In this document: one piece after another, positions 51,159 to 64,000 of the stretch | Layout: each line of letters starts with the position of its first letter | How positions within the stretch are numbered: position 1 is the first letter of the stretch | Assembly: GCF_006345805.1 (NCBI RefSeq) | Contig: NC_043002.1 | Coordinates: 44,020,001 to 44,084,000 of the forward strand | Source of the DNA: Octopus sinensis | Lineage: Eukaryota | Reading direction: 5' to 3' | DNA length: 64,000 nucleotides | Position numbers and translations under genes: made by a program | The notes under the pieces: model-generated | Told to the model about the DNA's origin: nothing | What the model saw: the letters and a program-made list of their open reading frames with translations, nothing else | Databases searched by the model: none

Positions 51159-54100
51159 ATGTTTTTGGAAACTAAAAGGAAAACTAAATCAGTATACCAA
51201 ATCGCTTGTCCTATGGTTAATCTGGAAGCGCGTCCCCCAGGGAAGAGCCAGCCTGGGATCGAAAAGTCATCAACTGGCACAAACTCTTCTCCGAATACGG
51301 ACATGGATGGTCACTTGAACGGGAAATCCCCCAACTCGAGCCCTCCAAGTTCACCACCACAACCACCACAGAAAGAAAAATGTAAGCGGAACAAATGGAC
51401 CCGAGAAGAGTATAAAGAAGTAATATACGCTTATTACTATGCATTAGGTAGGCCATCTCAAGAGAGACACACCGCAAACTCTTACAGTATATGGAGAACA
51501 TGGAATCAAGACAGTAGGCCCTATTTGGACAAGAACAAATTAGCAAATGTGAGGAGGGATATCCTTAGAAATAACAGACTCACAGACAGTGAAATAAGCG
51601 CGATCAAGCACGCAACGGAAAATGACATAAATATAAGACACAAAGGAAATGAAGAATCAGATGAACAGTATAGCCCGCCACGAGGCTTAATTGAAAGACT
51701 GCTATCTGACCAAAGTACGCAAAGGCCTGAAGATACAAGAAATTCTATTGTACCTGTTAAAGATAGCCAGGAAAACGAAAAAACAACAGTAACTGAAGAT
51801 CTTGCATTTGCTGAAGAACACAGAGAGTCTATGGCAGAAATGAGGCAGAAAATCCTGAATACGCTTGAAGTTGTAAGACATACAAGTATGAATGATAAAG
51901 AACCACTTCATAAACTCTCAAATACAAACCAAAATAAAAAACAAATCCAAATTGGCAACTATGTAACAAATGAAATAATACGAGAATTAAAACCTGATTT
52001 TACTGAGTTAAATGAAATCATTTACGCTTCTGCTAGGGCAATTGAAACCAGCTGTATGCCCCCGAAAAAACAAAGAAAACAAAACCTGGGAAGAAATCAA
52101 ACCTGGAGAAGTAAAATTGAAAAAGAGATTGAATTTATGAGAGGGGAAATATCAATATTAAATGAACTAATATGTGGAAATGATGTAAGATCCAGAACAG
52201 GAAGAAAGATGAAGAGAAAATTTGGATCCTCACCAAGAGAAGAACTGATATCAATAAAAGAAACGCTGAAACAAAAAGTCCGAGCAAAAGCTCAAAGAAT
52301 ACGAAGATTTGAGAAGAGAAACAAGTTTTACAAGCAAAATAAGCTGTTCACATCCAATGCCAAAAAATTCTACAGAGAAATAGGGAAGGAGAAAGTAACC
52401 GTTAAAGACCCCCCTCCCATGGAAGAAGTTCAAAACTTTTGGAAAAGGATTTGGAGTGACAAGAAGACGTACAACATAAATGCAGACTGGATTATACAAA
52501 CTGAAGGATCCTACCAAAATTTACAACAACAAGCATGGGAAGACATCACAATAGCAGACCTAAGAAAGGCACTCACGAAGGCCCATAATTGGAAATCCCC
52601 CGGTAAAGATAGGGTGCCGAATTTCTGGCTCGCATCGCTCCCATGCGCACACGGTAAGCTAGTTCAGCTGCTCAATGGAATTATGAGAGACCCAAAGAAA
52701 ACACCTGAATGGTTAGCAAGTGGCATTACTTACCTACTCCCAAAGAATAACGAAACCAACCTTCCAAAAAACTATCGGCCTATAACCTGTCTATCCACCA
52801 CGTATAAAATCCTAACATCTATCCTGGCGGAGAAAACATATGCATTCATGGAGAAGAACGATATTTTCCCCATTGAACAAAAAGGGTGCCGCCGAGGCTC
52901 TTACGGATGCAAAGATCAACTGCTAATCAATCGTATGATCCTTGAGAACTGTCACAACAAGCGCAGAAATCTCAGCACCGCATGGATTGACTACAAAAAG
53001 GCCTTCGACAGTATACCGCATCCATGGATCTTGAGATGGCTGGACATCTTCAAAATTTCCCCTGTGATTTCAAACTTCCTGAAGCACAATATGTCGTTGT
53101 GGAATACGAATCTCCAATTATACCACTCTAATGGAGTACTTGCCTCAGAAAATATAAACATCAACTGTGGAATTTTTCAAGGTGACTCACTTTCACCTTT
53201 AATATTCTGCATAGCCCTAATACCCCTTACAAGTGAATTAAACAGAACAGGGTATGGGTATAAAATTGCCAATAAAAAAATAAGCCATCTATTTTATATG
53301 GATTACTTAAAACTTTATGGTAAAGACAATAATGAACTTGAAGGCCTATTGCGCACCGTGAAAGCATTCAGCGATGACATCGGGATGGAATTTGGACTTG
53401 AGAAGTGTGCCAAGGCCACTTTCCGGAAAGGGAAAGTGAAGACCACAAATTCAGTCGTGTTAGATGTTGACACAGTCATAAGAGAGCTTGAGCAAGAACA
53501 AACATACAAATATTTAGGGATAAATGAAGGCTCTGGTATTCAGCATGCAAGCATGAAAGAGAAAATCAGGAAGGAATGTTATAGGAGAGTTCGTGCAGTC
53601 CTGAAATCTGAACTAAATGCACGTAACAAGGTGTTAGCTATAAATTCCTTAGCAGTTCCAGTTGTTACTTATAGCTACAATGTGTTGAACTGGAATATGA
53701 GTGAAGTAAAGAATATAGATAGAAAAATACGCAAGCTGCTGAGTTGTAATAGGATGCACCACCCAAAGGCAGACGTAGATCGCCTTTACCTTCCCAGAGC
53801 CCAAGGAGATCGAGGCCTGATCCAATTTGAACTAGCTTACAAAACAACCACAATTGGACTGGCCAAATATCTCGAAATATCGAATGACTGGATGCTAAAG
53901 CTCGTGGAAAATCACGAGAGACGAAAGAAGCTTCATTCTATCATAAAGGAAAGCAAAAAATTTGCTATTGATCTCGTGCAAGATACCCAAACTGAACAAC
54001 CCGAGGGAAGTACGGCAACTATTGTTGCAAAGAAGGTGAAAATGATGGCAATGAAAAAAGCGCACGAGCAATTGGCTGATAGGTGGGAGGAGAAACCTCT

Positions 54101-54299
54101 GCACGGCAAATATGTGACCCGCAGCAAACAAGCTGATGTTGACCAGAAGCAAACCCATCAGTGGCTACGGAGCTCAGGGCTAAAAGCAGAGAGCGAAGGT
54201 TTCATCCTGGCTGCTCAAGATCAAAGCCTATTAACCCGGAACTACCAGGCCAATGTGATGAAAAATGGAGCAGACCCAAAATGCCGATTCTGGATGTAA
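51159..54299 (+). pseudogene. Dong/R4-like ORF, 1046 aa; YMDD mutated to YMDY and truncated by a deletion; RLE continues out of frame to 54810
   Basis: tat atg gat tac at 53295-53306. The CRF|SGC junction at about 54288-54292 removes most of the CCHC knuckle and shifts frame. Confidence 0.9.
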
Positions 54300-54985
54300 A
54301 GTCTTAGCACCAGTGGAGTATAAATTAAGACATGACAGAGTTGGCCAATATCTACACTGGCTAATAAGTCGGCATTACAATATCAAAACTGCCGACAAGT
54401 GGTATAATCACCACCCTGAGGCTGTAACTGAAGGAGAAAATGTAACCATTCTGTGGGACTTTCCAGTACATACAGACCGAACCATCAAGGCCAATAAACC
54501 AGATATTGTTGTGAAAGACCAAAACAATAAAGTTTGCTTATTGATCGACATGAGCATCCCCTGTGATCATAATATCTCAGCGAAAGAGTTTGACAAGCTC
54601 AGAAAATATAAAGACCTACTCATTGAAATTGAGAAAATGTGGCATCTCAAGGCGGTTACAATACCAGTGATCGTAGGAGCACTAGGAATGATCAACAAGG
54701 GAACCGAAAATTATATGAGAATGATCCCTGGCTTACCATCCCTGCAAGAAGTGCAAAAGATTGTCTTAACTGGTACATCGCACGTATTGGGAAGAGCATT
54801 GTCGATGTGAGAACTGTTGCTGCTCATGTATTTTAATTTAACTTTAAAAAAAAAAAAAAAAATGAACGAACTACTGAGTTTGGTTTAATGGCCTACCAAA
54901 GTATACTATGAGTTTCTTTGCCCTAGGAGTCGGGAAGACACTCGGCAAGAAATGGAAGCAAATTTGAAAGAAGAAAAAAAAAAGT
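51159..54985 (+). mobile_element. R4/Dong-clade RLE non-LTR retrotransposon (family A), near full length, inactivated
   Basis: N-terminal KRNKWTREEY...W...LANVRRDI (Myb-like); RT (WKSPGKD, NYRPITCL, EQKGCR, WIDYKKAFDS, GIFQGDSLSP, YMDY); no APE; C-terminal RHD, KPDIVV, LIDMSIP, KLRKYKDL (PD-D/E-K RLE); 3' UTR followed by (TAA)n. Confidence 0.92.
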
Positions 54986-55016
54986 AACAATAATAATAAT
55001 AATAATAATAATAACA

Positions 55017-55520
55017 ACGTGTCTCTAAAAAAATGGAGAAAATCTCAAAATACAAAGACCTGGAAATAGAGGTAACTAGAATGTGGAATCTGAAAACAGA
55101 AACAATTCTTATCATAGTAGGTGCATTAGGCATGATAAAAAAAATATTCAGACAAATACATAACAAAAACACCAGGACTTACAAACACATATAACATACA
55201 GAAAATTGCACTACTAGGGACTGCACACATCCTACGCAGAACACTTTCCATACAACAACCATCAGAGCATCACAACAAATCACAGCACATACCCAAGGCA
55301 CACAGAGCTGCGCTCGGTAGTGAAGTGAAAGCACACTATAAAAATAAAACTACTGAATAATAATAATAATAATAATAATAGGCTCTGCACACATCCTACG
55401 CAGAACACTTTCAATATAGTAACCATCAGAGCATCACAACAAATCACAGCACGTACCCAAGGCACACAGAGCTGCGCTCGGTAGTGAAGTGAAAGCACGC
55501 TATAAAAATAAAACTACTGA
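55017..55520 (+). mobile_element. Two 5'-truncated Dong/R4 family B 3' ends (55017-55363, 55383-55520)
   Basis: KYKDLEIEVTRMWNLKTETI...ALLGTAHILRRTLSIQ plus shared UTR ...aaactactga-(ata)n. Match 63293-64000(-). Confidence 0.9.
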
Positions 55521-56024
55521 ATAATAATAATAATAATGATGATGATGATGATGATGATGTTCTCTTATCTGGTCAGAAACCCGACCATATTTTGAGAATA
55601 TGTACTTTTCTGATGCATTATCTTATCGACCGCAAAGAATGAAAGGGTAAGTTGCCAACAGTGGTATTTGCATTCACAACGTAAAGATCCGGAACAAACG
55701 CCGTAAGTAATTTTTACTGATGTTCAAACGATTCTGCTAAAAGCACAATATTAACCCTAGCTTTTTCTAGTTCTTAATTTTAAACTCGAAACCTTTGCTT
55801 CCGATAGCAATTTTTTAATAAAAAAAAGTAAAGGTTGAAGTGTCACGGCAAACAGCCATTTCAAATTTACTTATTTGCTTCCTCTTTATGTCACATTAAA
55901 ACTAAATATTTATTTCAACCTGAGTTAACTAAGATTTGGCCAATAGGAAGCATACGAAGTTGTATCAAAAAGCTTCCAGACTAGTTATGTTTAATAAAAA
56001 GAAAAAAAAAACAACTTATTTTAC

Positions 56025-56245
56025 TTTTTTTACTCTCTTTTACTTGTTTCAGTCATTTGACTATGGCCATGCTGGAGCACCGCCTTCAGTCGAGCAAATC
56101 GACCCCAGGACTTATTCTTTGTAAGCCTAGTACTTATTCTATCGGTCTCTTATGCCGAACCGCTAAGTTACGGGGACGTAAACACACCAGCATCGCTTGT
56201 CAAGCGATGTTGGGGGGATAAACACAGACATACACACAAACACGC
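56025..56245 (-). mobile_element. SINE family C 3' half
   Basis: gtttcagtcatttgactatggccatgctggagcaccgcc...ccgctaagttacggggacg. Confidence 0.9.
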
Positions 56246-56715
56246 ATATATATACATATACAGACACATATAAAATATCACGTTGACTCTTTATTCAAAT
56301 ATCCTGTCCGTGACAAATATCGTAGACTACAGCATACACATGATCACAAAAACACAAATTTCACAACTTTCAAAGTAAACACAGCGATGTTACTCGGCGC
56401 ACTGCCTCATGAAGGTTACTGCAGGCTAATATTGCGCATGCAACCGTGAGCTGCCATCTGTTGGCGTGCTACAGAACTAGTCCGAGAACCTTTTAATACC
56501 ACCTCGTATGGGACCGAACGTGCTTAAAGTACGTATTTTTGAGGAATGTAACTATATTCATACCGTGCCAACGTTTGACGGGAAATTCTAAAGTCAATAT
56601 ATTTACATTCATTCAATTTTGAAGAATTATTTTACACAGACATCTGTGTAAAATTTCTTAGTCATAATTAACACAAGCAAAACCTGGTCGACTATCTAAA
56701 TATTCTATCTCATAC

Positions 56716-56749
<34 letters not shown>

Positions 56750-56939
56750 ATGTGTGTGTGTGTGCGTGTGTGTGTGTGTGTGCATGTGTGTGTGTGTGTC
56801 TTGTGTGTGTATATGTGAATGCATGCGTTTATATATATATGCATACGTACATACATACATAGTACATACGTACATAAATACCTATATACGTACATACATA
56901 CGTACGTACGTACATCCATACGTACGTACGTACATACGA

Positions 56940-57125
56940 TTTTTTTTCCTCCGTCTTCCTTTCTTTGGATCTTTCTTTTTCCTATGTTTCTGACGAAGAG
57001 CTCCGCTCGAAACGTTAAACCCTCCTTCTTTCCTTCTTTCCTGAGCGTCCAATAATACTATACTTGTTCCACGTTCTCGCGTTGTTGTGTTTTCTCTTTG
57101 TGTTTTCATGTTTGGATTGTTTACA
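56940..57125 (+). mobile_element. Solo pLTR fragment, family H2
   Basis: Matches 7760-7935. Confidence 0.85.
56986..57020 (+). ncRNA. Minimal type I HHR (H2) with intact core
   Basis: gttt-ctgacga-a-gagc tcc gctc-gaaac-gtt-aaac; palindromic acgt stem III. Confidence 0.75.
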
Positions 57126-57659
57126 TACATCCATACATGCATACATATATACACAGATGTATTATAGGGCTTTCCAAAGTCTGAGGGACGAAAATGACAT
57201 AGAAATATTCCTGGGGTTACTCTGATTTTAAATATATGTAAATTTGTGGTTTAAACCACTAGAGATTGTCGCCAGAATGTTATGCGTGCACGTGGAAGGA
57301 TATGTACATATACAGGAATCGATAGATGTATGTACAAACATACGTTATTCTGTGTCTGCACGCGCGCGTATTTGTGTATGCGCGTGTGTAAAGTTGAACC
57401 CGATTTGCATTGAACTTAGCAATAGCATACACTGACATCTTAATGTTCAGAGAAAAAGATAAAACAAAGTCAAGTGATTGACAAAATGTCATTCTGAAGG
57501 AGGAAAAAATGTTAAAGTCTTAAGTCATTGTGATTGTTTTTATCATGAACAATCTTATCGAAAAATAATTGCTTCACTTTGAACTGTAGACAATAACTGG
57601 GAAATTTGTGCGAAGGGAAGTATATTCTGGTAACTTTTCGTTACTTTTCCATTTCCATA

Positions 57660-57855
57660 AAAGTGTTCGTTTCAAATTTTGGCATAAGGCCAGCAAGTTC
57701 CAAGGAGGGATTAAGTCTCAACTGGTGCTTAGTATATCGACCTCAAACGGATGGATAGCAAAGTTGACATCGGTAGAATTTGAACAACATAAAGACGGAC
57801 GAAACGCAACTAAGCATTTTGCCAGTTGTACTAACGATTTTGCCAGCCCACTGCC

Positions 57856-57857
<2 letters not shown>
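57660..57857 (-). mobile_element. SINE family B, degenerate, followed by (AAT)n
   Basis: atatcgacctc...ggatagcaaagttgacatcggtagaatttgaac...aacgattttgccagcccactgcc. Confidence 0.7.
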
Positions 57858-57904
<47 letters not shown>

Positions 57905-57934
57905 TAATAATAATAATAATGATAATGATAATAA

Positions 57935-58004
<70 letters not shown>

Positions 58005-58009
<5 letters not shown>

Positions 58010-58172
58010 TTTAAAAAAAAACTTTTAACTTTAAAAAAACTTTAAAAAAAAAATGAACGAACTACTGAGTTTGGTTTAATGGCATACCAATGTATGCTAT
58101 GAGTTTCTTTGCCCTAGGAGTCGGGAAGACACTCGGCAAGAAATGGAAGCAAATTTGAAAGAAGAAAAAAAA

Positions 58173-58220
<48 letters not shown>

Positions 58221-58432
58221 TATAATAATAATAATAATAAATAATAATAATAATAATATAATAACTTTAAAAAAAAACTTTTAACTTTAAAAAAACTTTA
58301 AAAAAAAAATGAACGAACTACTGAGTTTGGTTTAATGGCATACCAATGTATGCTATGAGTTTCTTTGCCCTAGGAGTCGGGAAGACACTCGGCAAGAAAT
58401 GGAAGCAAATTTGAAAGAAGAAAAAAAAGTAA
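58005..58432 (+). mobile_element. Two copies of the Dong/R4 family A 3' UTR in (AAT)n
   Basis: atgaacgaactactgagtttggtttaatggc...ggaagcaaatttgaaagaagaaaaaaaag at 58050-58172 and 58308-58430, matching 54861-54985. Confidence 0.9.
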
Positions 58433-58444
58433 TAATAATAATAA

Positions 58445-58509
<65 letters not shown>

Positions 58510-58845
58510 TGATGATGATGATGATAATAAGAATAATAACTAGCTGGACCCGTGAAAAATTCACGGAAAATATAAAAACGTAAGCATCGTACATATTCAG
58601 AGACCCCTCTTGGTTTAGTTGTAGAGAACGTTTTTCTCGTATTCTTTTACTTGTTTCAGTCATTTGAAATTGACCCCTTGACTTATTCTCTGTAAGCCTG
58701 GTGCTTATTCTATCAGTCCCTTCTGCTGAACAGCTAAGTTACAAGGATACAAACACACCAATATCTGTTGTCAAGCAATGATGGTGGGGAACAAACACAG
58801 ACACAAGTACACACACATACCACCTAAATATATACATATGTATAC

Positions 58846-58887
<42 letters not shown>

Positions 58888-58890
<3 letters not shown>

Positions 58891-59167
58891 TTTATTGTTT
58901 TAATAACAAGTTTTAAAATTTGGATAATCGCATGAGGTACGCAGCGTATCCTACAGCATAGGAGGGAAAGAAATCAGCACAGAATAGAACAAATGACCCA
59001 GGACCACAGAGTGCATTTTCAAAATAGGAGAGATAGAGATCAACGGAATCGAGAACATGAGTCAAGAGCAAAGGCAGCTGTACTTAGAAAATATGAGAAA
59101 AACAGCTCAAACCACAAAATCGCACCAGCCAGCATCACCACCACCTCCAAGACCGTCATATATATAT

Positions 59168-59226
<59 letters not shown>

Positions 59227-59494
59227 CGGTCTTGGAGGTGGTGGTGATGCTGGCTGGTGCGATTTTGTGGTTTGAGCTGTTTTTCTCATATTTTCTAAGT
59301 ACAGCTGCCTTTGCTCTTGACTCATGTTCTCGATTCCGTTGATCTCTATCTCTCCTATTTTGAAAATGCACTCTGTGGTCCTGGGTCATTTGTTCTATTC
59401 TGTGCTGATTTCTTTCCCTCCTATGCTGTAGGATACGCTGCGTACCTCATGCGATTATCCAAATTTTAAAACTTGTTATTAAAACAATAAATCT
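58888..59494. repeat. Perfect 273-bp inverted repeat with (TA)n spacer
   Basis: 58888-59160 is the reverse complement of 59222-59494. Left arm is preceded by another (TA)n. Confidence 0.97.
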
Positions 59495-60724
59495 CTCAAA
59501 TGAGTCAGCGTGTTTCAATTGAAAAACATATACGAATGTATTCGACAGTCTTTGTTTAAAGGTGAAAATATTTCTGAAATACTCACCTAATATGCAAGGA
59601 CACAGTATACAGGATACAGTAATTAATTATATTGTAGGAAAGTAAAAAGTAAAGGGCAAAAATAGAATTAATATTTTTTTATTTTGTTCGGCTCTATGAA
59701 TTTAATTCTTTAAGTGCTTTCGTCAATCGCTTGATACATGAAAAAAGAAATTGGAAAAATCCTGACCAAAACAGTAAAAATTCTAACTTAACAAAAAATA
59801 TAAAAAGAGATACTTATTATCGCACACTCACACACACATACATTCACATATATACATGTGTGTGTGTTCTTTTAGTTTTTGTTTACTTATAAACATCAAC
59901 AAATGAGCCAATTGAATAACTCTGTGTGGTTTTTCAATTTGCTACAAATAACAGCCAAATATCTCTCATACTACGCTCTTGTTAATGTTAAAGAAAGCAA
60001 AAAAATAATTAATATTTTTTATCCTATTCGGCTCTATGAATTTAATTTTTCTTTTAAATGCTTTCGTCCATTACTTGATACAAGAAAAAAGAAATTGGAA
60101 AAATCCTAACCAAAACAGAGAAATTGCTACTTAACAAAACATATAGAAAGAGGGGGAAAAGTTTGTATTCTAAAACCAAACGATGTTTTTTAGCTGAGGT
60201 GTAATATTATGATTAAAACTAATTCAAAATTTAAATTTCAGAACATAAGACCTAACATGTTATCTGGTGTATGGCCGAATTCAAATCGGTAGAAGACCTA
60301 AAACAAACGTGTTTGTGTATGCGTGTGTGTGTGTGTGCACGCGCGCGTGGTTGGGCCTTTAATAACCACGGGTCGATTTCATTTCAATCGTAGAAGGGCA
60401 TTCAAATACCTATCAGCCACTCCCTCTCAATCTCTCTCTTTCTCTCTCACTTCCTCTCTCCTTTGCTCAACACACGCGTCAAATTTAAGAATCTTAATTT
60501 TCTCGTTAAGATCGATGCTGCTTTGTTGGCCCAGTAAACATGGGTGTAGAGAAGTAGTAATACAACACATAAGTAGTGGTTTCGAATCTCTTCTAGAAAT
60601 TACAAGAGATCTAACTAAAAATTCTTATCTAGGCAACAAAATTTCATACTCTTAAGCGTGACACACGCGTCAGGTAGTACAAAAAACAAAATGCCGTATT
60701 AATATTATTGATGATAGTCCTTTC

Positions 60725-61090
60725 TACTAAAGGCACAAGGTCTGAAATCTTGATTAGGGGGAATAGTCGATTACATCAACCCAGTGTTTTACTGGTACTT
60801 AATTTATCGACCCCGAAAGGATGAAAGGTAAAGTCGACCTCGGCGGAATTTGAACTCAGAACGTAGCAGCAGACGAAATACCGATAAGCATTTTGCCCGG
60901 TATGCCAACGATTCTACCAGCTCACCGCCTTTCTTAATAATAATAATATTCTTTCTACTGGAAGTACTAGGCCTCAGATTTGGGGAAATCGATTAAGTCG
61001 ATTACATCGACCCCAGTGCGCAACTGGTACTTAATTGACCCTGAAAGGGTGAAAGGCAAAGTGTGCTATGATTCTGCCAGCTCTCCACCT
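60725..61090 (-). mobile_element. Two SINE family B copies
   Basis: atcgaccccgaaaggatgaaaggtaaagtcgacctcggcggaatttgaactcaga; the second copy is internally deleted. Confidence 0.85.
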
Positions 61091-61120
61091 TCTTAATAAT
61101 AATTATAAAATAACAATAAC

Positions 61121-61153
<33 letters not shown>

Positions 61154-61859
61154 TGCTTTATTGGTCATAACGACCGAACACAAAACATAATGGACAATAC
61201 ACAGGTGAGGGACAGTGAGGCTATAAATGTAAACAGCAAAACACAACAATTAATAAGGAAAATCATCCAACAATGTATAATTCCCCAATAAGGCAGATAT
61301 CCACCGAGAGGTGACCAAAGTAAACTAAATATATCTCTTTCTGTGTATATATATATATATACTACCAAAATATGACATTTTCGAACTTATAATTTTGTGT
61401 GTACATATATTGATACTTCCAAACAAACATGATTTTTAATGAAATCCTAATAGGTTTTATGAACTTGTTATTAATTTCTCAAAATTTTTTCTCTGTAAAC
61501 TGTTCTTAACAGTTTCTTATTATTATCAAAGAATGTATATAAGTATTGTAATGTTTTGTGCCCAATATTTTAATGAAGTTTTTTATATTTTCCCAAGATT
61601 TTTCCTTGTAAACTGTTGTTAACATGTTCTTATTATTATCAAAGAATGTATATATGTATTGTAATATTTTGTGACAACCAGTACCTAACACAACAAAGCT
61701 TTTACATGTTACTTTCGACAATCTTTTTCTAAAAAGTGAAACCGGTCAGGTGAATAAACATCTTTTAAAATTGCATTTTCACACCTTCTTTCATATATAT
61801 ATATATGAAATCGACGTGCCATTAGTGGACCTGCTTGAGGTGCAAGCAGTGTGACGAAA

Positions 61860-62180
61860 CCGACTTGCTCAAATTCGTACAGTGCTCAGGCATTGTTGTC
61901 TTGTGGGGTTATGACGAGCAACTATTATGGCGTGTCGGATGTCGAATTCAGATGTCAGCCGACTCCACTGCGAAGATCGTCCCACCACTTTCCTTTGACC
62001 AGGAAAGACAGGCTACTTTCTTCTGCATAGTAGCTATGATGAGAGAGACTGTGTGGCCAACAAGATTAACAGAATAGAACTGATGAAAGACTCTTTCCTC
62101 TTTGGTCAAGCGCTCGTCTACATTTTAAATTTACACTTGAAAAGAAAGTGGAGGATACAGTGGGAAATGCTGCCTCACAG
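61860..62180 (+). pseudogene. Possible highly decayed mariner transposase
   Basis: Fragments EDRP, YFLLHSSY, IEL and IQWEMLPH occur in mariner order (KRP..LLHDNA..EL..WEVLPH). Confidence 0.35.
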
Positions 62181-62527
62181 TAAGGTCGCTGAAAGCCGGG
62201 TGAATACAGCGAGGATAGCCCAAGTAAGTTGGTCTGTTCTAAACGTGTGCTTATAAGATGGAGAGAAGCGATGTAGAGGGGGAATCCTTATTGTGCTGTT
62301 TGTGGTCAAGTTGATTCAGTATTGGTAGGGGTTTTTGGTTATCCTCAGTGATACTCCACCAATTAGGGATTTTAGTTGTGATCAAGTTTCGTGTCAATTG
62401 TTATTTTATTGCACCTGGACATATAAATGCCTTCCCCGTGTCTTTGTATTGTCGCAAGATTTTTGTGGCCCTGGTAGTCAAAGTAGAAAGCAATCTTCTT
62501 CTTCTTCTTCTTCTTCTTCTTCTTCTT

Positions 62528-62603
<76 letters not shown>

Positions 62604-62625
62604 TATTATTATTATATTATTATTA

Positions 62626-62684
<59 letters not shown>

Positions 62685-62685
62685 C

Positions 62686-63229
62686 ATTCAGTAGTTTTAT
62701 TTTTATAGCGTGCTTTCACTTCACTACCTACTATGATAGGAATTGTTTCTGTTTTTAGATTCCACATTCTGGTTACCTCTATTTCCAGGTCTTTGTATTT
62801 TGAAAGTTTCTCCATTTCTTTTAGAGACACGTTGTCATCTGCCGGTATTGATACATGAATTAGAAAGCATTTTTTTCTTCATGATCTCTGACAACTATAT
62901 CTGATCTTTTGGCCTTAATTGCTCTATCTGTGTGTATCGGCATATCCCAGAGTATGGTTGCTTTCTCGTTTTCTGTGACCTTTTCTGGTGTGTGCATATA
63001 CCATCTTTTTTCTGTTGTTATTCCATAATGTTGGCATAGTTTCCAGTGTATATAGGTCCCAACTCTGTCGTGTCTGTTAATATATTCCTTCTTAGCCAGG
63101 ACTGGGCAGCCAGAGATAATATGATTTATTGTTTCTTGTCCATCTCCACATATTCTGCAGTTACTTGTTATATTTCTTTTCATTACATGTTTTTGGTAAT
63201 TTCTGGTGAGGAGTCTTTGGTCTTGTGCT

Positions 63230-63232
<3 letters not shown>
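62686..63232 (-). mobile_element. Dong/R4 family B 3' fragment with an internal deletion of about 195 bp
   Basis: CRICGDGQETINHIISGCPVLAKKEYINRHDRVG...DIVV; UTR abuts (TTA)n. Confidence 0.9.
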
Positions 63233-63292
<60 letters not shown>

Positions 63293-63297
<5 letters not shown>

Positions 63298-64000
63298 TAG
63301 TTTTATTTTTATAGCGTGCTTTCACTCCACTACCGAGCGCAGCTCTGTGTGCCTTGGGTATGTGCTGTGATTTGTTGTGATGCTCTGATGGTTATTGTAT
63401 GGAAAGTGTTCTGCGTAGGATGTGTGCAGTCCCTAGTAGTGCAATTGTTTGTATGTTATATGTGTTTGTAAGTCCTGGTGTTTTTGTTATGTATTTGTCT
63501 GAATATTTTTTTATCATGCCTAATGCACCTAATATGATAGGAATTGTTTCTGTTTTTAGATTCCACATTCTAGTTACCTCTATTTCCAGGTCTTTGTATT
63601 TTGAGAGTTTCTCCATTTCTTTTAGAGACACGTTGTCATCTGCCGGTATTGATACATCAATTAGAAAGCATTTTGTTTCTTCATGATCTCTGACAACTAT
63701 ATCTGGTCTGTTGGCCTTAATTTCTCTATCTGTGTGTATCGGCATATCCCAGAGTATGGTTGCTTTCTCGTTTTCTGTGATCTTTTCTGGTGTGTGCCTA
63801 TACCATCTTTTTTCTGTTGTTATTCCATAATGTTGGCATAGCTTCCAATGTATATCGGTTCCAACTCTGTCATGTCTGTGAATATATTCCTTCTTAGCCA
63901 GGACTGGGTAGCTAGAGATAATATGATTTATTGTTTCTTGTCCATCTCCACATATTCTGCAGTTACTTGTAATATTTCTTTTCATTACCTGTTTTTGGTA
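63293..64000 (-). mobile_element. Dong/R4 family B 3' end (CCHC plus RLE), continues beyond the window
   Basis: ORF 63392-63985: CRIC...H...RHDRVG...RPDIVV...LIDVSIP...KYKDL; UTR then (TTA)n. Confidence 0.92.

Noticed and set aside
51040-51330. Search for an HDV-like ribozyme at the 5' end of the Dong/R4 element
   Set aside because: I could not assemble P1/P2/P3/L3 pairings by eye; only an ordinary hairpin (gaagagccag/ctgg..ctcttc) was seen.
59640-61680. Local direct duplications (59640-59830/59990-60140; 61497-61560/61610-61675). Also short tandem repeats at 15288-15345, 34638-34880 and 49280-49345
   Set aside because: Ordinary slippage or tandem duplications with no regular spacer structure; not CRISPR-like.

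Overview
AT-rich, microsatellite-dense animal genomic DNA. The SINE families, (TA)n/(CA)n load and LINE set look like an octopus/coleoid cephalopod; this is inferred from sequence style, not a database result. I found no host gene I can support. The window is dominated by retroelements. (1) A near-intact Penelope-like element (PLE; RT plus C-terminal GIY-YIG, Hydra-clade-like) at 41403-45090 is inserted in a (TA)n tract. It has two long low-complexity insertions in the protein, an extended type I hammerhead ribozyme (HHR) in its 3' pseudo-LTR, an inverted 5' copy missing the ribozyme core, and a 3' terminus that appears to join its own ORF start in frame. (2) Decayed PLE remnants lie at 8.5-10 kb, 24.7-26.7 kb and 28.9 kb. 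(3) At least three further repeat families carry HHR folds, about a dozen motifs in all, one family with compensatory base changes. (4) A recently inactivated R4/Dong-type RLE non-LTR element (51159-54985) and several truncated relatives are stacked in (TAA)n tracts. (5) There are remnants of CR1-like, Tx1/L1, RTE, mariner, hAT and Helitron elements and many tRNA-derived SINEs. Many fold-back duplications abut (TA)n tracts. A 100-N gap (11000-11099) is flanked by a probable false duplication. Nearly all short ORFs in the track are microsatellite artefacts. All folds and alignments were done by eye.
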